Below are positions 35,227 through 45,359 of a stretch of DNA of 64,000 nucleotides, one piece after another. This DNA comes from an uncultured Spirochaetota bacterium (lineage in GTDB: Bacteria; Spirochaetota; Spirochaetia; SZUA-6; Fen-1364). The notes beneath the pieces were generated by a model. That model searched no databases, had not been told where the DNA came from, and saw nothing but the letters and a program-made list of their open reading frames with translations. The translations under genes and the position numbers were made by a program. The stretch covers positions 128,001 through 192,000 of the forward strand of contig CAWGAA010000001.1 of the NCBI GenBank assembly GCA_963820525.1. The letters run 5' to 3'. Each line of letters opens with the position of its first letter. The first letter of the stretch is position 1.

Positions 35227-37561
35227 GCATTCGATCGAGCTCCTGGAGTTCGAAAGGATCAGGGGCGAGCTCATCGGGCTGTGCCTGAGCCCCCAGGGAG
35301 CCCGGCTCGTTTCGGGCCAGGATTTCGAGACGGAGCCTTCACGAATCAAGGAATCCCTCGATCTCGCGCTGGCGGCGCGCGCGGCGCTGGAGGCCGGTAT
35401 TCCTCTGCCCGGCTTCGATTTTCCCGACATTGATGAAATACTCCCTGTTCTTGGCAAGGCAGGCCTCGAGCTTGAAGGAGAGGAGCTGGCGGCCGTGGGC
35501 AGGAGCATCCTCTCCAGCCTGAAGCTCAAGCGCTTCGTCGTGAAGGCCTCGGAGCAGGAGAGGCTGCGGCGGATCGCTCAGGAGATCCCCGACCTTTCCC
35601 CGGTCTCGCGCCGCATCTTCCATACCGTGGATCCCGAGGGAAACCTCCGGGAGAAGCGGATCCCCGAGCTGGCCGCGATCCGGGATCGCATCCGCCGGCT
35701 GCGGGAGGAGGCCGAGCGCACCGCGCGGGGGATGCTCGATTCGGACTCCTCCCGGTCCTACTGGCAGTCGAACCTTCCCACGCAGAGGGACGGCAGGCTC
35801 GTCCTGCCTTTGAAGAGCCAGTTCAAGGGCCGCGTGAAAGGAATCGTCCACGAGATGTCGGCGAGCGGCTCCACCGTTTTCATAGAGCCGCTGGAGATCG
35901 TCGAGAAAAACAACGCGATAGTTCAGGAGGAGAGCCTCTACAAGCAGGAGGTGCGCAGAGTCCTTCGCGGACTTTCCGCCGAAGTGTCGGAGCGCTTCCG
36001 CGAGCTCGCCGAAATGTCGCGTGTGGTCGCCGAGGTGGATGCCCTGCTTGCCCGCGCGCGCTATGCGATATTGTACCGGTGCCGCGCGGCGGAGCCCAGC
36101 CCGGACAGGGTTTCTCTTCGGGAAGCCCGCCACCCCCTGCTCGGCTCGTCATGCATTCCCATTACCATTGCCGCGGGGGGAGAGTACACCATCCTCATCA
36201 TCACGGGGCCGAACACGGGAGGAAAGACCGTCAGCCTCAAGACCGTCGGCGTGCTCGCCCTCATGAACCAGTTCGGCATGGAAATCACGGCTGCCGAATG
36301 CTCCACGCTCCCCGCCTTTGACGGGATCTTCGCCGATATCGGCGACGAGCAGTCCATCGAGCAGTCCCTCTCCACCTTCTCGGCCCACGTGACGAACCTG
36401 GCGAAGATCTTCGAGGGCGTCACCTCACGTTCCCTGGTGCTTCTGGACGAGCTGGGGGCGGGAACCGATCCGGAGGAGGGGGTGGCCCTCGCCATGGCGA
36501 TTCTTGACCGTCTCCTGGAGTCCGGCTCCACGGTCTTTTCCACAACTCACCACGGCATTCTCAAGAACTACGGCTACACCCGAAGCGGGGTTCAAAACGC
36601 TTCCATGGGATTCGACAGGGAGACCCTGAGCCCGACGTACCGGATCCTCATGGGCGTGCCGGGTGAAAGCCATGCACTGGAGATAGCCCGCCGCAGGGGA
36701 ATTCCCCCGGAGGTCGTGGCCAACGCCGTTGCTTACCTTGCGGATGAAAGGACGGAGCTCTCCCAGATCGTGGCGAACCTCTCCGAGCGGCACCAGAAGC
36801 TCGCCCAGGCCGAGGAAGAGCACCGGGCGAAGGAGTCGGATCTGCGGGAGAAGAGGAGGAGGACCGACCTCAAGGAGCTGGCCCTCCGACAGAAGGAGCT
36901 TGAGCTTCGCAGGCAGGGGTTGAAGGAGCTTCGCGACTTCCTCTCCTCGATCAGGAAGGAATGGGAGGAGCTGCGGGCCGCAATGGCGGAAGCACCGCCG
37001 GGCCGCGGGGAGGTCGGACGGCTGTTCGGCGGAGTCCAGGAGCGGATAGAAAAGGAGGAGGCGCGGATCGCCCAGGAAAGGGAGAGCCTCACCCTCCCGG
37101 GGGAGGTGGAGATCCGCGAGGGAATGGAGGTGACGATCAGAAACAGCGCCCGGAGAGGCAGGGTCCTGCGGAGGGACCGGGGCAACAGGTGGGTGGTGGA
37201 GACCGAGACGATGCGCCTGTCCCTGCTTCCCTCGGAAATGAGGCCGGTGGAAGATTCGGGACCTCCACCGTCAGAGGTGCGGGTGAGCTACGTCACCTCG
37301 GAAGCTTCTCCGCTTCCCGTCGTGGAGCTCGACCTCCGTGGAATGAGGCTTGAGGAGGCCATCCGCAGCCTGGAGAGGCAGATCGACAGCGCCCTGGTTC
37401 ACGGCCTGCGGCAGTTCGGGGTAATCCACGGGAAAGGGGAGGGGATCCTCCAGCGCGCCATCCATCAATATCTCAAGGAGGCGCCGATGGTTGAAAACTA
37501 CCATTTCTCGGCCCCCGAGGAAGGCGGATTCGGCAGGACCCTGGTGGTGCTGAAGGGCTGA
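35219..37561 (+). CDS. mutS2: MutS2 endonuclease / collided-ribosome factor
   Basis: SASGSTVFIEP, GPNTGGKT, EQSIEQSLSTFS, DELGAGTDP; C-terminal Smr domain (DLRG, IHGKGEG). Confidence 0.95.
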   Translation: MDEHSIELLEFERIRGELIGLCLSPQGARLVSGQDFETEPSRIKESLDLALAARAALEAGIPLPGFDFPDIDEILPVLGKAGLELEGEELAAVGRSILSSLKLKRFVVKASEQERLRRIAQEIPDLSPVSRRIFHTVDPEGNLREKRIPELAAIRDRIRRLREEAERTARGMLDSDSSRSYWQSNLPTQRDGRLVLPLKSQFKGRVKGIVHEMSASGSTVFIEPLEIVEKNNAIVQEESLYKQEVRRVLRGLSAEVSERFRELAEMSRVVAEVDALLARARYAILYRCRAAEPSPDRVSLREARHPLLGSSCIPITIAAGGEYTILIITGPNTGGKTVSLKTVGVLALMNQFGMEITAAECSTLPAFDGIFADIGDEQSIEQSLSTFSAHVTNLAKIFEGVTSRSLVLLDELGAGTDPEEGVALAMAILDRLLESGSTVFSTTHHGILKNYGYTRSGVQNASMGFDRETLSPTYRILMGVPGESHALEIARRRGIPPEVVANAVAYLADERTELSQIVANLSERHQKLAQAEEEHRAKESDLREKRRRTDLKELALRQKELELRRQGLKELRDFLSSIRKEWEELRAAMAEAPPGRGEVGRLFGGVQERIEKEEARIAQERESLTLPGEVEIREGMEVTIRNSARRGRVLRRDRGNRWVVETETMRLSLLPSEMRPVEDSGPPPSEVRVSYVTSEASPLPVVELDLRGMRLEEAIRSLERQIDSALVHGLRQFGVIHGKGEGILQRAIHQYLKEAPMVENYHFSAPEEGGFGRTLVVLKG

Positions 37562-37572
37562 ACGCGGGGCCT

Positions 37573-37611
37573 CCCCGGCGGGCTTGGCGCCTTCCGCCAA
37601 GCCCGCCGGGG
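37573..37611. repeat. Perfect 17-bp inverted repeat after mutS2
   Basis: CCCCGGCGGGCTTGGCG-CCTTC-CGCCAAGCCCGCCGGGG; no U tract on either side. Confidence 0.85.
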
Positions 37612-37696
37612 GACTGCGCGCGCTCAAGCGGACGAGCGCTGACGGTTTGCGCGCCCTCTCTTGCGCGCGAAATGAGTGAAAGTGTAGTATGGCGCG

Positions 37697-37975
37697 ATGA
37701 ACTCCGGGCTCGTTTTCCAGCTCTTTTCGTCGTGGAAGATCATTTTCGTCTGCGCCTGCATCATGTTCCTGCTGCCCCTCATATTCTACCTGGCGTCGCT
37801 CAAGCCGGCGCGCCGGCGTCTTCCCCCATTGAAGCTCGGAAAGTCGAAGAAAGCCCGCCCGGCGCCCGCCGCTTCCAAAGCCACGGAGGAAAGGGGAAGG
37901 GGGGAAAGGCACAGGGAGGAGAAGCGAGAGGAAGAGAAGGAAGAGGACGAGACCGAGTACAGGGAACGGAAATGA
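37697..37975 (+). CDS. Small membrane protein with a charged tail
   Basis: N-terminal TM helix; ATGA overlap with uvrA; TTGCGC-N18-TAGTAT directly upstream. Confidence 0.65.
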   Translation: MNSGLVFQLFSSWKIIFVCACIMFLLPLIFYLASLKPARRRLPPLKLGKSKKARPAPAASKATEERGRGERHREEKREEEKEEDETEYRERK

Positions 37976-40797
37976 AGAGCATCGTCATCAAGGGTGCCCG
38001 GGAGCACAACCTGAAGAACATCGACCTGGAGCTCCCCCGGGACAAGCTGATCGTCATTTCCGGCCTGAGCGGCTCAGGAAAGTCTTCCCTTGCTTTCGAT
38101 ACGATCTTTGCCGAAGGGCAGAGACGTTACGTGGAATCTCTCTCCTCCTACGCCCGCCAGTTCCTGGGCAGGCTGGACAAACCGGACCTGGATTCCATCG
38201 AAGGGCTCTCCCCCGCCATCGCGATCGAGCAGAAGACGACCCGCCGCAATCCCCGCTCAACCGTGGGGACGGTAACTGAAATCTACGATTACCTCAGGCT
38301 CCTCTTTGCGCGGATCGGCACCCCCCATTGCCCCAAGTGCGGAAGGGAGATCCAGGAGCAGTCGGTCGATCAGATCGTGGACTCCCTTTCGCTCCTGCCC
38401 GAGGGCATGAAGCTCACCCTCCTTGCCCCCGTGGTCTCGGGCAAGAAGGGCGAGCACCAGAAGGTTCTCACCGACGCCAAGCGCCTCGGCTACGTGAGGG
38501 TGCGCGTGGACGGAGATGTCCGCACCCTCGATGAGCAGATCGTTCTGGACAAGAAGAAGAAGCACTCGATCGAAATCGTCGTCGACAGGCTCGTGGCGAG
38601 CCCCGATGCCAGGAAGAGACTGGCCGAATCCGTCGAGAACGGCCTGGAGGTCTCGGGGGGGACGATCGTCGCCCTGGTCAAGGAAAAGAACGGGGAGCGC
38701 GAGGTGATGTACTCTCAGACCAGCTCCTGTCCTGTCGACGGGATCAGCATTCCGCAGCTCCAGCCCCGGCTTTTCTCCTTCAACAACCCCTTCGGGGCCT
38801 GCACGGAGTGCTCCGGGCTGGGAGTCACCCTGGAGTTCGATCGCGAGCTCGTGATCCCCAACCCGGATCTCTCCTTCAACGAAGGAGCCATCGTTCCCTA
38901 CAACCCCAAGGCGAACTGGTACAGGAGCCAGTTCGAATCTCTGGCGAAACACTTCACGTTCAGCCTGGATACCCCGCTGTCGAAGCTTCCCGCTGCGGTG
39001 ATTGAGGCGATCCTCTACGGGACGAAGGAGAAGATCGGGTTCAAATACACGAGCAGGGACGGGCGCGGCAAGTGGGAGTTCGAGTCGGGATACCGGGGAG
39101 TCCTCAATGAGCTGAAGCGCAGGTATCTCGAATCGAGCTCGGAGGACGTGAAGCAATGGCTTGAGGGCTTCATGGCCCAGAAGGAATGCGAGGCCTGCGG
39201 GGGAAGGAGGCTGAAGCCGGAGGTGCTTGCCGTCACCGTGGGAGGGAAGAATATCCACGAAGTGGCAAGCCTCTCCGTGCTTGATTCCATCTCCTTTTTT
39301 TCCACGCTGGAGCTTTCGACGACACAGCGCGCCATCGCGCGCCAGATTCTCAAGGAGTTGGCGAGCCGCCTGTTCTTCATGAAAAACGTCGGACTGTCCT
39401 ACCTCACCCTGGAGCGGCGGGCTTCCACGCTTTCCGGCGGCGAAGCCCATCGGATACGGCTGGCCACGCAGATCGGGTCCTCCCTCGTCGGCGTGCTCTA
39501 CATTCTCGACGAGCCCACCATCGGGCTCCACCAGCGCGACAACGAGATGCTGATCAGCACCCTTACTCACCTGCGCGACATCGGCAATACCCTTATCGTG
39601 GTGGAGCACGACGAACAGACCCTGAGGACCGCTGATTACATCGTGGACCTCGGCCCCGGCGCCGGAGTCCATGGGGGCCATGTCGTGGCCGCAGGCACTT
39701 TTGACGAGGTGGCAGGCAATTCCAAGTCCCTCACGGGACAGTTTCTCACCGGCGCCCTGACCATCGAGCCGCGCCTCCTGCGGCGAAAGGGAAACGGAAA
39801 GGCCATCAGCCTCTTCGGTGCGGCGGAGCACAATCTCAAGGACATCGATGTCCGCTTTCCCCTCGGAGTGCTCACCGTCATCACGGGGGTATCAGGCTCG
39901 GGCAAGTCGTCCCTCCTCACGGACCTCCTCCATCCCATCCTCTCGAATAGAGTGGCCCGCACCCACTGGCCGGAGGGGAAGTACCGGTCCATCGAGGGAG
40001 TGGAGGAGATCGACAAGGTCATCAACATCGACCAGAGCCCCATCGGGCGCACCCCCCGCTCCAACCCGGCAACCTACGTCGGCCTCTTCGGCCCGATACG
40101 GAGCCTCTTTTCCCAGCTTCCCGAGGCCAAGGCGATGGGCTTCAAGGCAGGCCGCTTCTCTTTCAATGTCAAAGGGGGGCGCTGCGAGAAGTGCCAGGGG
40201 GCGGGCACGGTCACGATCGAGATGCATTTCCTTCCCGACGTGTACATCACCTGCGATGTCTGCAAGGGGCGCAGGTACAACCGCGAGACCCTCGAGGTCA
40301 GGTACAAGGGAAAGAACATCCACGAGATCCTCGAGATGACGGTTGAGGAGGCGTTCGCTTTCTTCCGCCATATTCCCCCCGTGGCCGGAAAGCTCAGGAC
40401 CCTCCAGGATGTCGGCCTCGGCTACGTCAAGCTCGGTCAATCCGCGCTCACCCTCTCGGGAGGCGAGGCCCAGCGGGTGAAGCTTTCCCTGGAGCTTTCC
40501 AAGCGGAGCACGGGCCGCACCTTCTACATCCTGGACGAGCCGACGACGGGCCTTCACTTCGTGGACGTGAAAAAATTGATGGAGGTGCTGCAGATTCTCG
40601 TTGACAACGGCAACACGGTGGTCCTCATCGAGCACAACCTCGACGTCGTCAAGTGCGCGGACTATGTCATCGACCTGGGCCCCGAGGGCGGAGACCGGGG
40701 GGGGTATATCGTGGCCGAGGGTACGCCGGAGGAGGTTTCGCGAGCGCGGTCTTCCTACACGGGCCAGTTCCTCAGTCGGGTGCTGGGCGCCCGATGA
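37972..40797 (+). CDS. uvrA: Excinuclease ABC subunit A
   Basis: [25 protein letters not shown], zinc fingers, second ABC domain, [11 protein letters not shown]. Confidence 0.98.
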   Translation: MKSIVIKGAREHNLKNIDLELPRDKLIVISGLSGSGKSSLAFDTIFAEGQRRYVESLSSYARQFLGRLDKPDLDSIEGLSPAIAIEQKTTRRNPRSTVGTVTEIYDYLRLLFARIGTPHCPKCGREIQEQSVDQIVDSLSLLPEGMKLTLLAPVVSGKKGEHQKVLTDAKRLGYVRVRVDGDVRTLDEQIVLDKKKKHSIEIVVDRLVASPDARKRLAESVENGLEVSGGTIVALVKEKNGEREVMYSQTSSCPVDGISIPQLQPRLFSFNNPFGACTECSGLGVTLEFDRELVIPNPDLSFNEGAIVPYNPKANWYRSQFESLAKHFTFSLDTPLSKLPAAVIEAILYGTKEKIGFKYTSRDGRGKWEFESGYRGVLNELKRRYLESSSEDVKQWLEGFMAQKECEACGGRRLKPEVLAVTVGGKNIHEVASLSVLDSISFFSTLELSTTQRAIARQILKELASRLFFMKNVGLSYLTLERRASTLSGGEAHRIRLATQIGSSLVGVLYILDEPTIGLHQRDNEMLISTLTHLRDIGNTLIVVEHDEQTLRTADYIVDLGPGAGVHGGHVVAAGTFDEVAGNSKSLTGQFLTGALTIEPRLLRRKGNGKAISLFGAAEHNLKDIDVRFPLGVLTVITGVSGSGKSSLLTDLLHPILSNRVARTHWPEGKYRSIEGVEEIDKVINIDQSPIGRTPRSNPATYVGLFGPIRSLFSQLPEAKAMGFKAGRFSFNVKGGRCEKCQGAGTVTIEMHFLPDVYITCDVCKGRRYNRETLEVRYKGKNIHEILEMTVEEAFAFFRHIPPVAGKLRTLQDVGLGYVKLGQSALTLSGGEAQRVKLSLELSKRSTGRTFYILDEPTTGLHFVDVKKLMEVLQILVDNGNTVVLIEHNLDVVKCADYVIDLGPEGGDRGGYIVAEGTPEEVSRARSSYTGQFLSRVLGAR

Positions 40798-43700
40798 AGA
40801 GGCTGGTCCTCCTTTTCCTTCTGCTCTCCTCAGCTTCCATTCTCCTCGCTGAGGACCAGCCTCCCGCCCCCTCTCCCGCTCCCCCCGTTCCGCCCAAGGA
40901 AGCGGAACAACCCCCGAGCCCTCCCACTGCGGAGGGTCTGGTCTCGACCACCCTGCCCGAGGATATCTCGACGGCGAGCTACTACGAGCTGGTCGCATGG
41001 TGCCGCCAGCTCGGTCTCGACGATTCGGGGTCCCGGGCGGACATCCAGAAGAAGCTCTATACCTATTACAAGATCACGCCTCCCGCGGAGGCGGCAAAGG
41101 GGAAACGCGTCATTTCGGTGCGCTCCGCAAAGGAATCGGAGTATTTCACCGTTGAGCAGGTGAGCGAGAAATACATCGTGCTTCGCGGCGACGTGGTCGT
41201 GATCCTCTCGGATCAGGAGTCTGGGGCGGTGCAGGAGATCCACGCTCAGAAGATCACCTACAACCAGACCCTCAATTCAGTCACGGCGGAAGGAGGGGTG
41301 GAGTACAAGATAACGCGAAGCGGAAAAACGGATACCTTCACGGGAGAGAGCCTCTCCTTCGACGTGGACACCGGAGAGGGGGCCTTCTACAACGGCAGGA
41401 CCTCCCGCCCCCTGAACCGGGGAGACCAGCAGGTCACCTTCTTTTTCCAGGGCGACACGATCTCGCGGCTCGAGAACGACACCGTGGTTCTCGGCAACGG
41501 AAGCTTCACCTCCTGCGATTTGCAGGAGGCGCCGCATTGGCAGATGAAGGCCACCCGCGTGTGGATCCTGGGGCCGGGGGAATGGGCCCTGCAGAACGCG
41601 GTCCTCTCCGTCGGCCGAATCCCCATGCTGTATCTTCCCTTCTTCTTCCTCCCGGGAGACGAGCTTTTTTTCAACCCCTCCATCGGGTACGATCTGAGAA
41701 AAGGCGAGTACCTCCAGACCACGACGTACCTCATCGGAAAGAAGAAGCCGCAAAAAGGCACCTCCTTCTCCTTCATGCAGATGGCATCGGGAGAAGAGAC
41801 CGACTACGATCTGGAGCTTCACGGCCTGTTCCTCCGCAAGATCCCCCCCAAGGAATCGGGCAAGAAGGCGGATACCTCTTCGCTGAAGGTCCAGCTCGAC
41901 GGATACTCGAGCCTCGGAGTCTTTCTGGGCCTTGCCGGGGATTTCCCTCCTCTGGTCACTTTCCAGCTCGGCCTGGCGGAGAGCCGCAGCATCACCACCG
42001 ATTCCTTTGGCGCCAACACACCGCTTTTCATCCAGCCCGATGGAAGCACCACCAGCTACTGGAACCAGTCATCGATCTTCGGACTGCCGGTTCCCTTCCG
42101 TTTCGGCATGCAGGGAGACCTGAATGCCTCGGCAAGCTTCGGCTCAATCACGTCGCACTTCGAGTATTTCTCCGACCCCTTCTTCACGCAGGATTTCTAC
42201 ACCAGAAGCGAGGGCATCCAGTTCACGAGCAATCTTGCCGCCCTCCTGGTGCCGCCTCAGCAGACAGCCATCCAGAGCAACCTCTCCTGGGACTTTACGA
42301 GCAGGGCAGACTTTTCCAGCCTCATCAAGACTTCCCTGCTTCAGTCATTCTCCATCCCCTCCTTCAACCTCAAGTTCACCTGGCAGAGCAAGGAGACCCC
42401 ATCGACCGCAGGCACGCCCCTGTCCGTCGACCCCGGCAGGGTGTTCTACTACCCTTCGAGCCTCGTGGCGCCCAATTTCTCGCTTTCCGCATCGGGGGAG
42501 ATCCTGCATTACAGCTCGCTGCAGGAGGCGACTGGGCAACAGCCTCCGGCGCCGGCGGGGGCCCCCCCGGCACCGCAAACCCCCGCGAGCACACCTCCCG
42601 CCCCTGGCACGCCGCCGGCAGCGCAGCCCCCCGCCGCGCCGGGGACTCCCCCGGCACCGGGCACGCAAGAATCGCCGGGCGCGCCTCCAACGCCGGCGCA
42701 GCAGCCCCCTGCTTCGCCTCCGACGCAAGGAAATCCTCCAGTGCCGCCTGCCGGCGAGCCGGCGCCTCAAGCGAAGCAGCAGGCTTCGCCATCCGCCGAT
42801 CCGGGCAGGGGTTTTCGCCCACCCGTCAAGCCATTTCAGGCCGAAAAGCAGGAAGCGAAGGCTCCCGCCGTGGACCACTTTGTTTTTCGCGCGCCACAGC
42901 TGCGAAAGGACCAGACGATCTCCGCACAGCAGATGGAGACAACGGCTTCAATCGCCTACCAGGTGCAGCCGCGCGCGACCCTCGAGCAGACCTTCGATTC
43001 CAGCTCCTGGCAGTCGCAGAAGGATGTCGACTTCCGCCTCCTCTATGGCACGTTCGAGACGGGCGGCTCCAGCCAGCTCTCGGGCAATATCACGTTCTTC
43101 AACAAGGGCTTGAGTTCCACTCTCACCCTGGCCGCGGACGGGACCTACCGCAATCGCTACAGCCCTTCCTCGTCGCTCACGCCTTCGCAGTGGCAGAGCC
43201 TCCTGCTGGGAGACCTGCAGCAGGACCGTTTCGCGCTGCGGAGCATATTCCAGAGCACCGTGCTCCCCCTGGCGCAGGTTCCGCTTCTCTCCGCCTCTAA
43301 TCTCAACTACAGGCTGAACCTGAGGCTGTATCAGCTCAGCACGATTGGAAGCGACCCTCTCAATCCGCAGTTCAATGGGGTTGGCCCGGCCTGGGATCAG
43401 ACCGCGATTTCAGAGCATGCTCTCCAGGGAACCCTCGCGCTCAAGGCTTTCGATCAGAGCCAGACGCTTGCCGTGACCGCGCAGCTTCCCCCCCTCAACC
43501 AAAGCCTGATGGCGCGGCTGGACACGGGAATCTGGATCTTCAAGACCTACGCCCAAGGCGGAGCCACCCAGCTGGCCGGGGTCTGGCAGTACCAACCCCT
43601 CGTTGCAGGGGAGATCGTTCAGTTCTCCACGGATGCCAATATCTCGGAGGAGCTTCAGTTCGATGTGAGCGGAAGGGCTTTGAGCAAGTCGACGAGCCAG

Positions 43701-44357
43701 CTCAAGCTCTGGGGACTGACCAGCACCTTCACCGCGGAGAACATGTACCCCGTGGACCATTGGCTGGGCACCCAGCTCACTGGCGCTGCGCAGCAGTTCC
43801 TTCCCTCGCTTTTTCGCGTGGAATATAATTACTCGGGCGGCCCCATCTGGTTGTGGAAAAACCGGATCAAGCTTGACCCCACGCTGAAGACGAGCTGGTA
43901 CCTGAACCTCCAGAAGTACGCTGACAACTCGCTGGACTTCACCCTTTCGCTGAACTTCTCGATCTTCAAGTTCCTCGACCTGTCGTTTTCCTCGACGTCC
44001 TACAACAACAAGACCTATCGCTGGATACCGGGATGGCCGGAGTCGGTGCCGGGCGGCGGAGAGTCCGAAGTGAATCCACTCGTGGACCTTCTTCGCTCGT
44101 TCAATTTCTTCAATACGAGCGATCGGTTCCTCTCCTCCTTCAAGCTGCGAAGCCTTTCGCTGAAGGCCGTCCACCACCTCCATGACTGGGATGTCACCCT
44201 GGAGTACCAGGGTTCGCCGCAGCTCCAGACGATCGGGGGAGTCCCCCAGTACGCATGGACCCCCGCATTCGCAATCCAGGTGCAGTGGGTCCCCGTCCCC
44301 GAGGTGAGAACAAGGATGTACCAGGATACCACGGGCGCCTTCTATATCAGGGATTGA
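40794..44357 (+). CDS. lptD: LptD-like outer-membrane assembly protein
   Basis: Signal peptide; OstA-like N-terminal domain (FTSCD..PHW, YLPFF); long beta-rich C-terminus; follows uvrA as in Treponema. Confidence 0.78.
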   Translation: MKRLVLLFLLLSSASILLAEDQPPAPSPAPPVPPKEAEQPPSPPTAEGLVSTTLPEDISTASYYELVAWCRQLGLDDSGSRADIQKKLYTYYKITPPAEAAKGKRVISVRSAKESEYFTVEQVSEKYIVLRGDVVVILSDQESGAVQEIHAQKITYNQTLNSVTAEGGVEYKITRSGKTDTFTGESLSFDVDTGEGAFYNGRTSRPLNRGDQQVTFFFQGDTISRLENDTVVLGNGSFTSCDLQEAPHWQMKATRVWILGPGEWALQNAVLSVGRIPMLYLPFFFLPGDELFFNPSIGYDLRKGEYLQTTTYLIGKKKPQKGTSFSFMQMASGEETDYDLELHGLFLRKIPPKESGKKADTSSLKVQLDGYSSLGVFLGLAGDFPPLVTFQLGLAESRSITTDSFGANTPLFIQPDGSTTSYWNQSSIFGLPVPFRFGMQGDLNASASFGSITSHFEYFSDPFFTQDFYTRSEGIQFTSNLAALLVPPQQTAIQSNLSWDFTSRADFSSLIKTSLLQSFSIPSFNLKFTWQSKETPSTAGTPLSVDPGRVFYYPSSLVAPNFSLSASGEILHYSSLQEATGQQPPAPAGAPPAPQTPASTPPAPGTPPAAQPPAAPGTPPAPGTQESPGAPPTPAQQPPASPPTQGNPPVPPAGEPAPQAKQQASPSADPGRGFRPPVKPFQAEKQEAKAPAVDHFVFRAPQLRKDQTISAQQMETTASIAYQVQPRATLEQTFDSSSWQSQKDVDFRLLYGTFETGGSSQLSGNITFFNKGLSSTLTLAADGTYRNRYSPSSSLTPSQWQSLLLGDLQQDRFALRSIFQSTVLPLAQVPLLSASNLNYRLNLRLYQLSTIGSDPLNPQFNGVGPAWDQTAISEHALQGTLALKAFDQSQTLAVTAQLPPLNQSLMARLDTGIWIFKTYAQGGATQLAGVWQYQPLVAGEIVQFSTDANISEELQFDVSGRALSKSTSQLKLWGLTSTFTAENMYPVDHWLGTQLTGAAQQFLPSLFRVEYNYSGGPIWLWKNRIKLDPTLKTSWYLNLQKYADNSLDFTLSLNFSIFKFLDLSFSSTSYNNKTYRWIPGWPESVPGGGESEVNPLVDLLRSFNFFNTSDRFLSSFKLRSLSLKAVHHLHDWDVTLEYQGSPQLQTIGGVPQYAWTPAFAIQVQWVPVPEVRTRMYQDTTGAFYIRD

Positions 44358-44383
44358 CTCTCCTTTGTCATTATCGATACCAT
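44354..44383 (+). promoter_or_regulatory. Putative promoter of the phoH operon
   Basis: TTGACT-N18-TACCAT before AGGAGG. Confidence 0.5.
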
Positions 44384-44399
44384 CGTTTTCAGGAGGTCT

Positions 44400-45359
44400 A
44401 TGGAGAAACCGCTGACAGTCGTATTGAGCGACCAGGCCATTCTTCCCGAGGTTTGCGGAGCCAACGACAGCAACCTCAGGATCTTTGAAGAGCTGCTGGG
44501 CATCCGGATCTTCTCCCGGGGCAACGAGATCTTCCTCGAAACCGAGGACGATTCCGTAGAAAGAACCTTCAAATCACTGCTGCATCAGGTCGAGGATCAC
44601 ATCAGGCTGGGTCAGTATCCCGGCCCCGATCTCATCCGTTCCATCCACAGGACAATCCAGAGCGGCGAGTCCGAAAAGGCGGAGCTGCTCAAGCAGACCC
44701 ATGTGGTCATCCCCAATGGGTTTCGCAAGGTCTATCCCCGCACCTTCAACCAGGCCACCTACCTCGATGCGATAGAGACCAATGAGATGGTCTTTGGAGT
44801 CGGCCCCGCGGGCACCGGCAAGACATACCTTGCCGTGGCCCAGGCGCTCAAATGCGTCCTTGGGCAGGACCTGCGCAAGCTCATCATCACCCGCCCCGTC
44901 GTGGAGGCCGGGGAGAGCCTCGGCTATCTGCCCGGAGACCTGACGCAGAAGATCCATCCCTATCTCCGGCCGCTGTATGACGCGATCGAGTCCCTCGTTC
45001 CGCTGGAGATATTCCGGCGCATGGAGGAGAACGACGCCATCGAGATCGCCCCGCTCGCCTACATGCGCGGCCGCACCCTCTCGGGAAGCTTCATCATTCT
45101 CGACGAGGCCCAGAACACGACCCGGGAGCAGATGAAGATGTTCCTCACCCGCATCGGAGAGAACGCGCGCGTCGTCGTGACGGGGGACATCACCCAGATC
45201 GACCTCCCCCGAAGGTCGGATTCGGGCCTGCTCAACGTGATCCAGATCCTCAAGCCCATCCGCGAGATCCGGTTCGTATTCTTTGAAGAGCATGACGTCG
45301 TTCGAAACCCGCTGGTAAGAAAGATCGTCCACGCCTATGAGACAGCTCACGAAGAGTAG
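44400..45359 (+). CDS. phoH: PhoH-family ATPase
   Basis: [47 protein letters not shown]. Confidence 0.95.
   Translation: MEKPLTVVLSDQAILPEVCGANDSNLRIFEELLGIRIFSRGNEIFLETEDDSVERTFKSLLHQVEDHIRLGQYPGPDLIRSIHRTIQSGESEKAELLKQTHVVIPNGFRKVYPRTFNQATYLDAIETNEMVFGVGPAGTGKTYLAVAQALKCVLGQDLRKLIITRPVVEAGESLGYLPGDLTQKIHPYLRPLYDAIESLVPLEIFRRMEENDAIEIAPLAYMRGRTLSGSFIILDEAQNTTREQMKMFLTRIGENARVVVTGDITQIDLPRRSDSGLLNVIQILKPIREIRFVFFEEHDVVRNPLVRKIVHAYETAHEE

Noticed and set aside
37620..37696. SOS/LexA box upstream of uvrA
   Set aside because: No CTGT-N8-ACAG or GAAC-N4-GTTC pattern seen.
38257..39831. Long antisense and alternative-frame ORFs (also 45250-47088, 57768-59381, 41537-43300)
   Set aside because: Shadows of well-supported genes caused by high GC3; no motifs or RBS.
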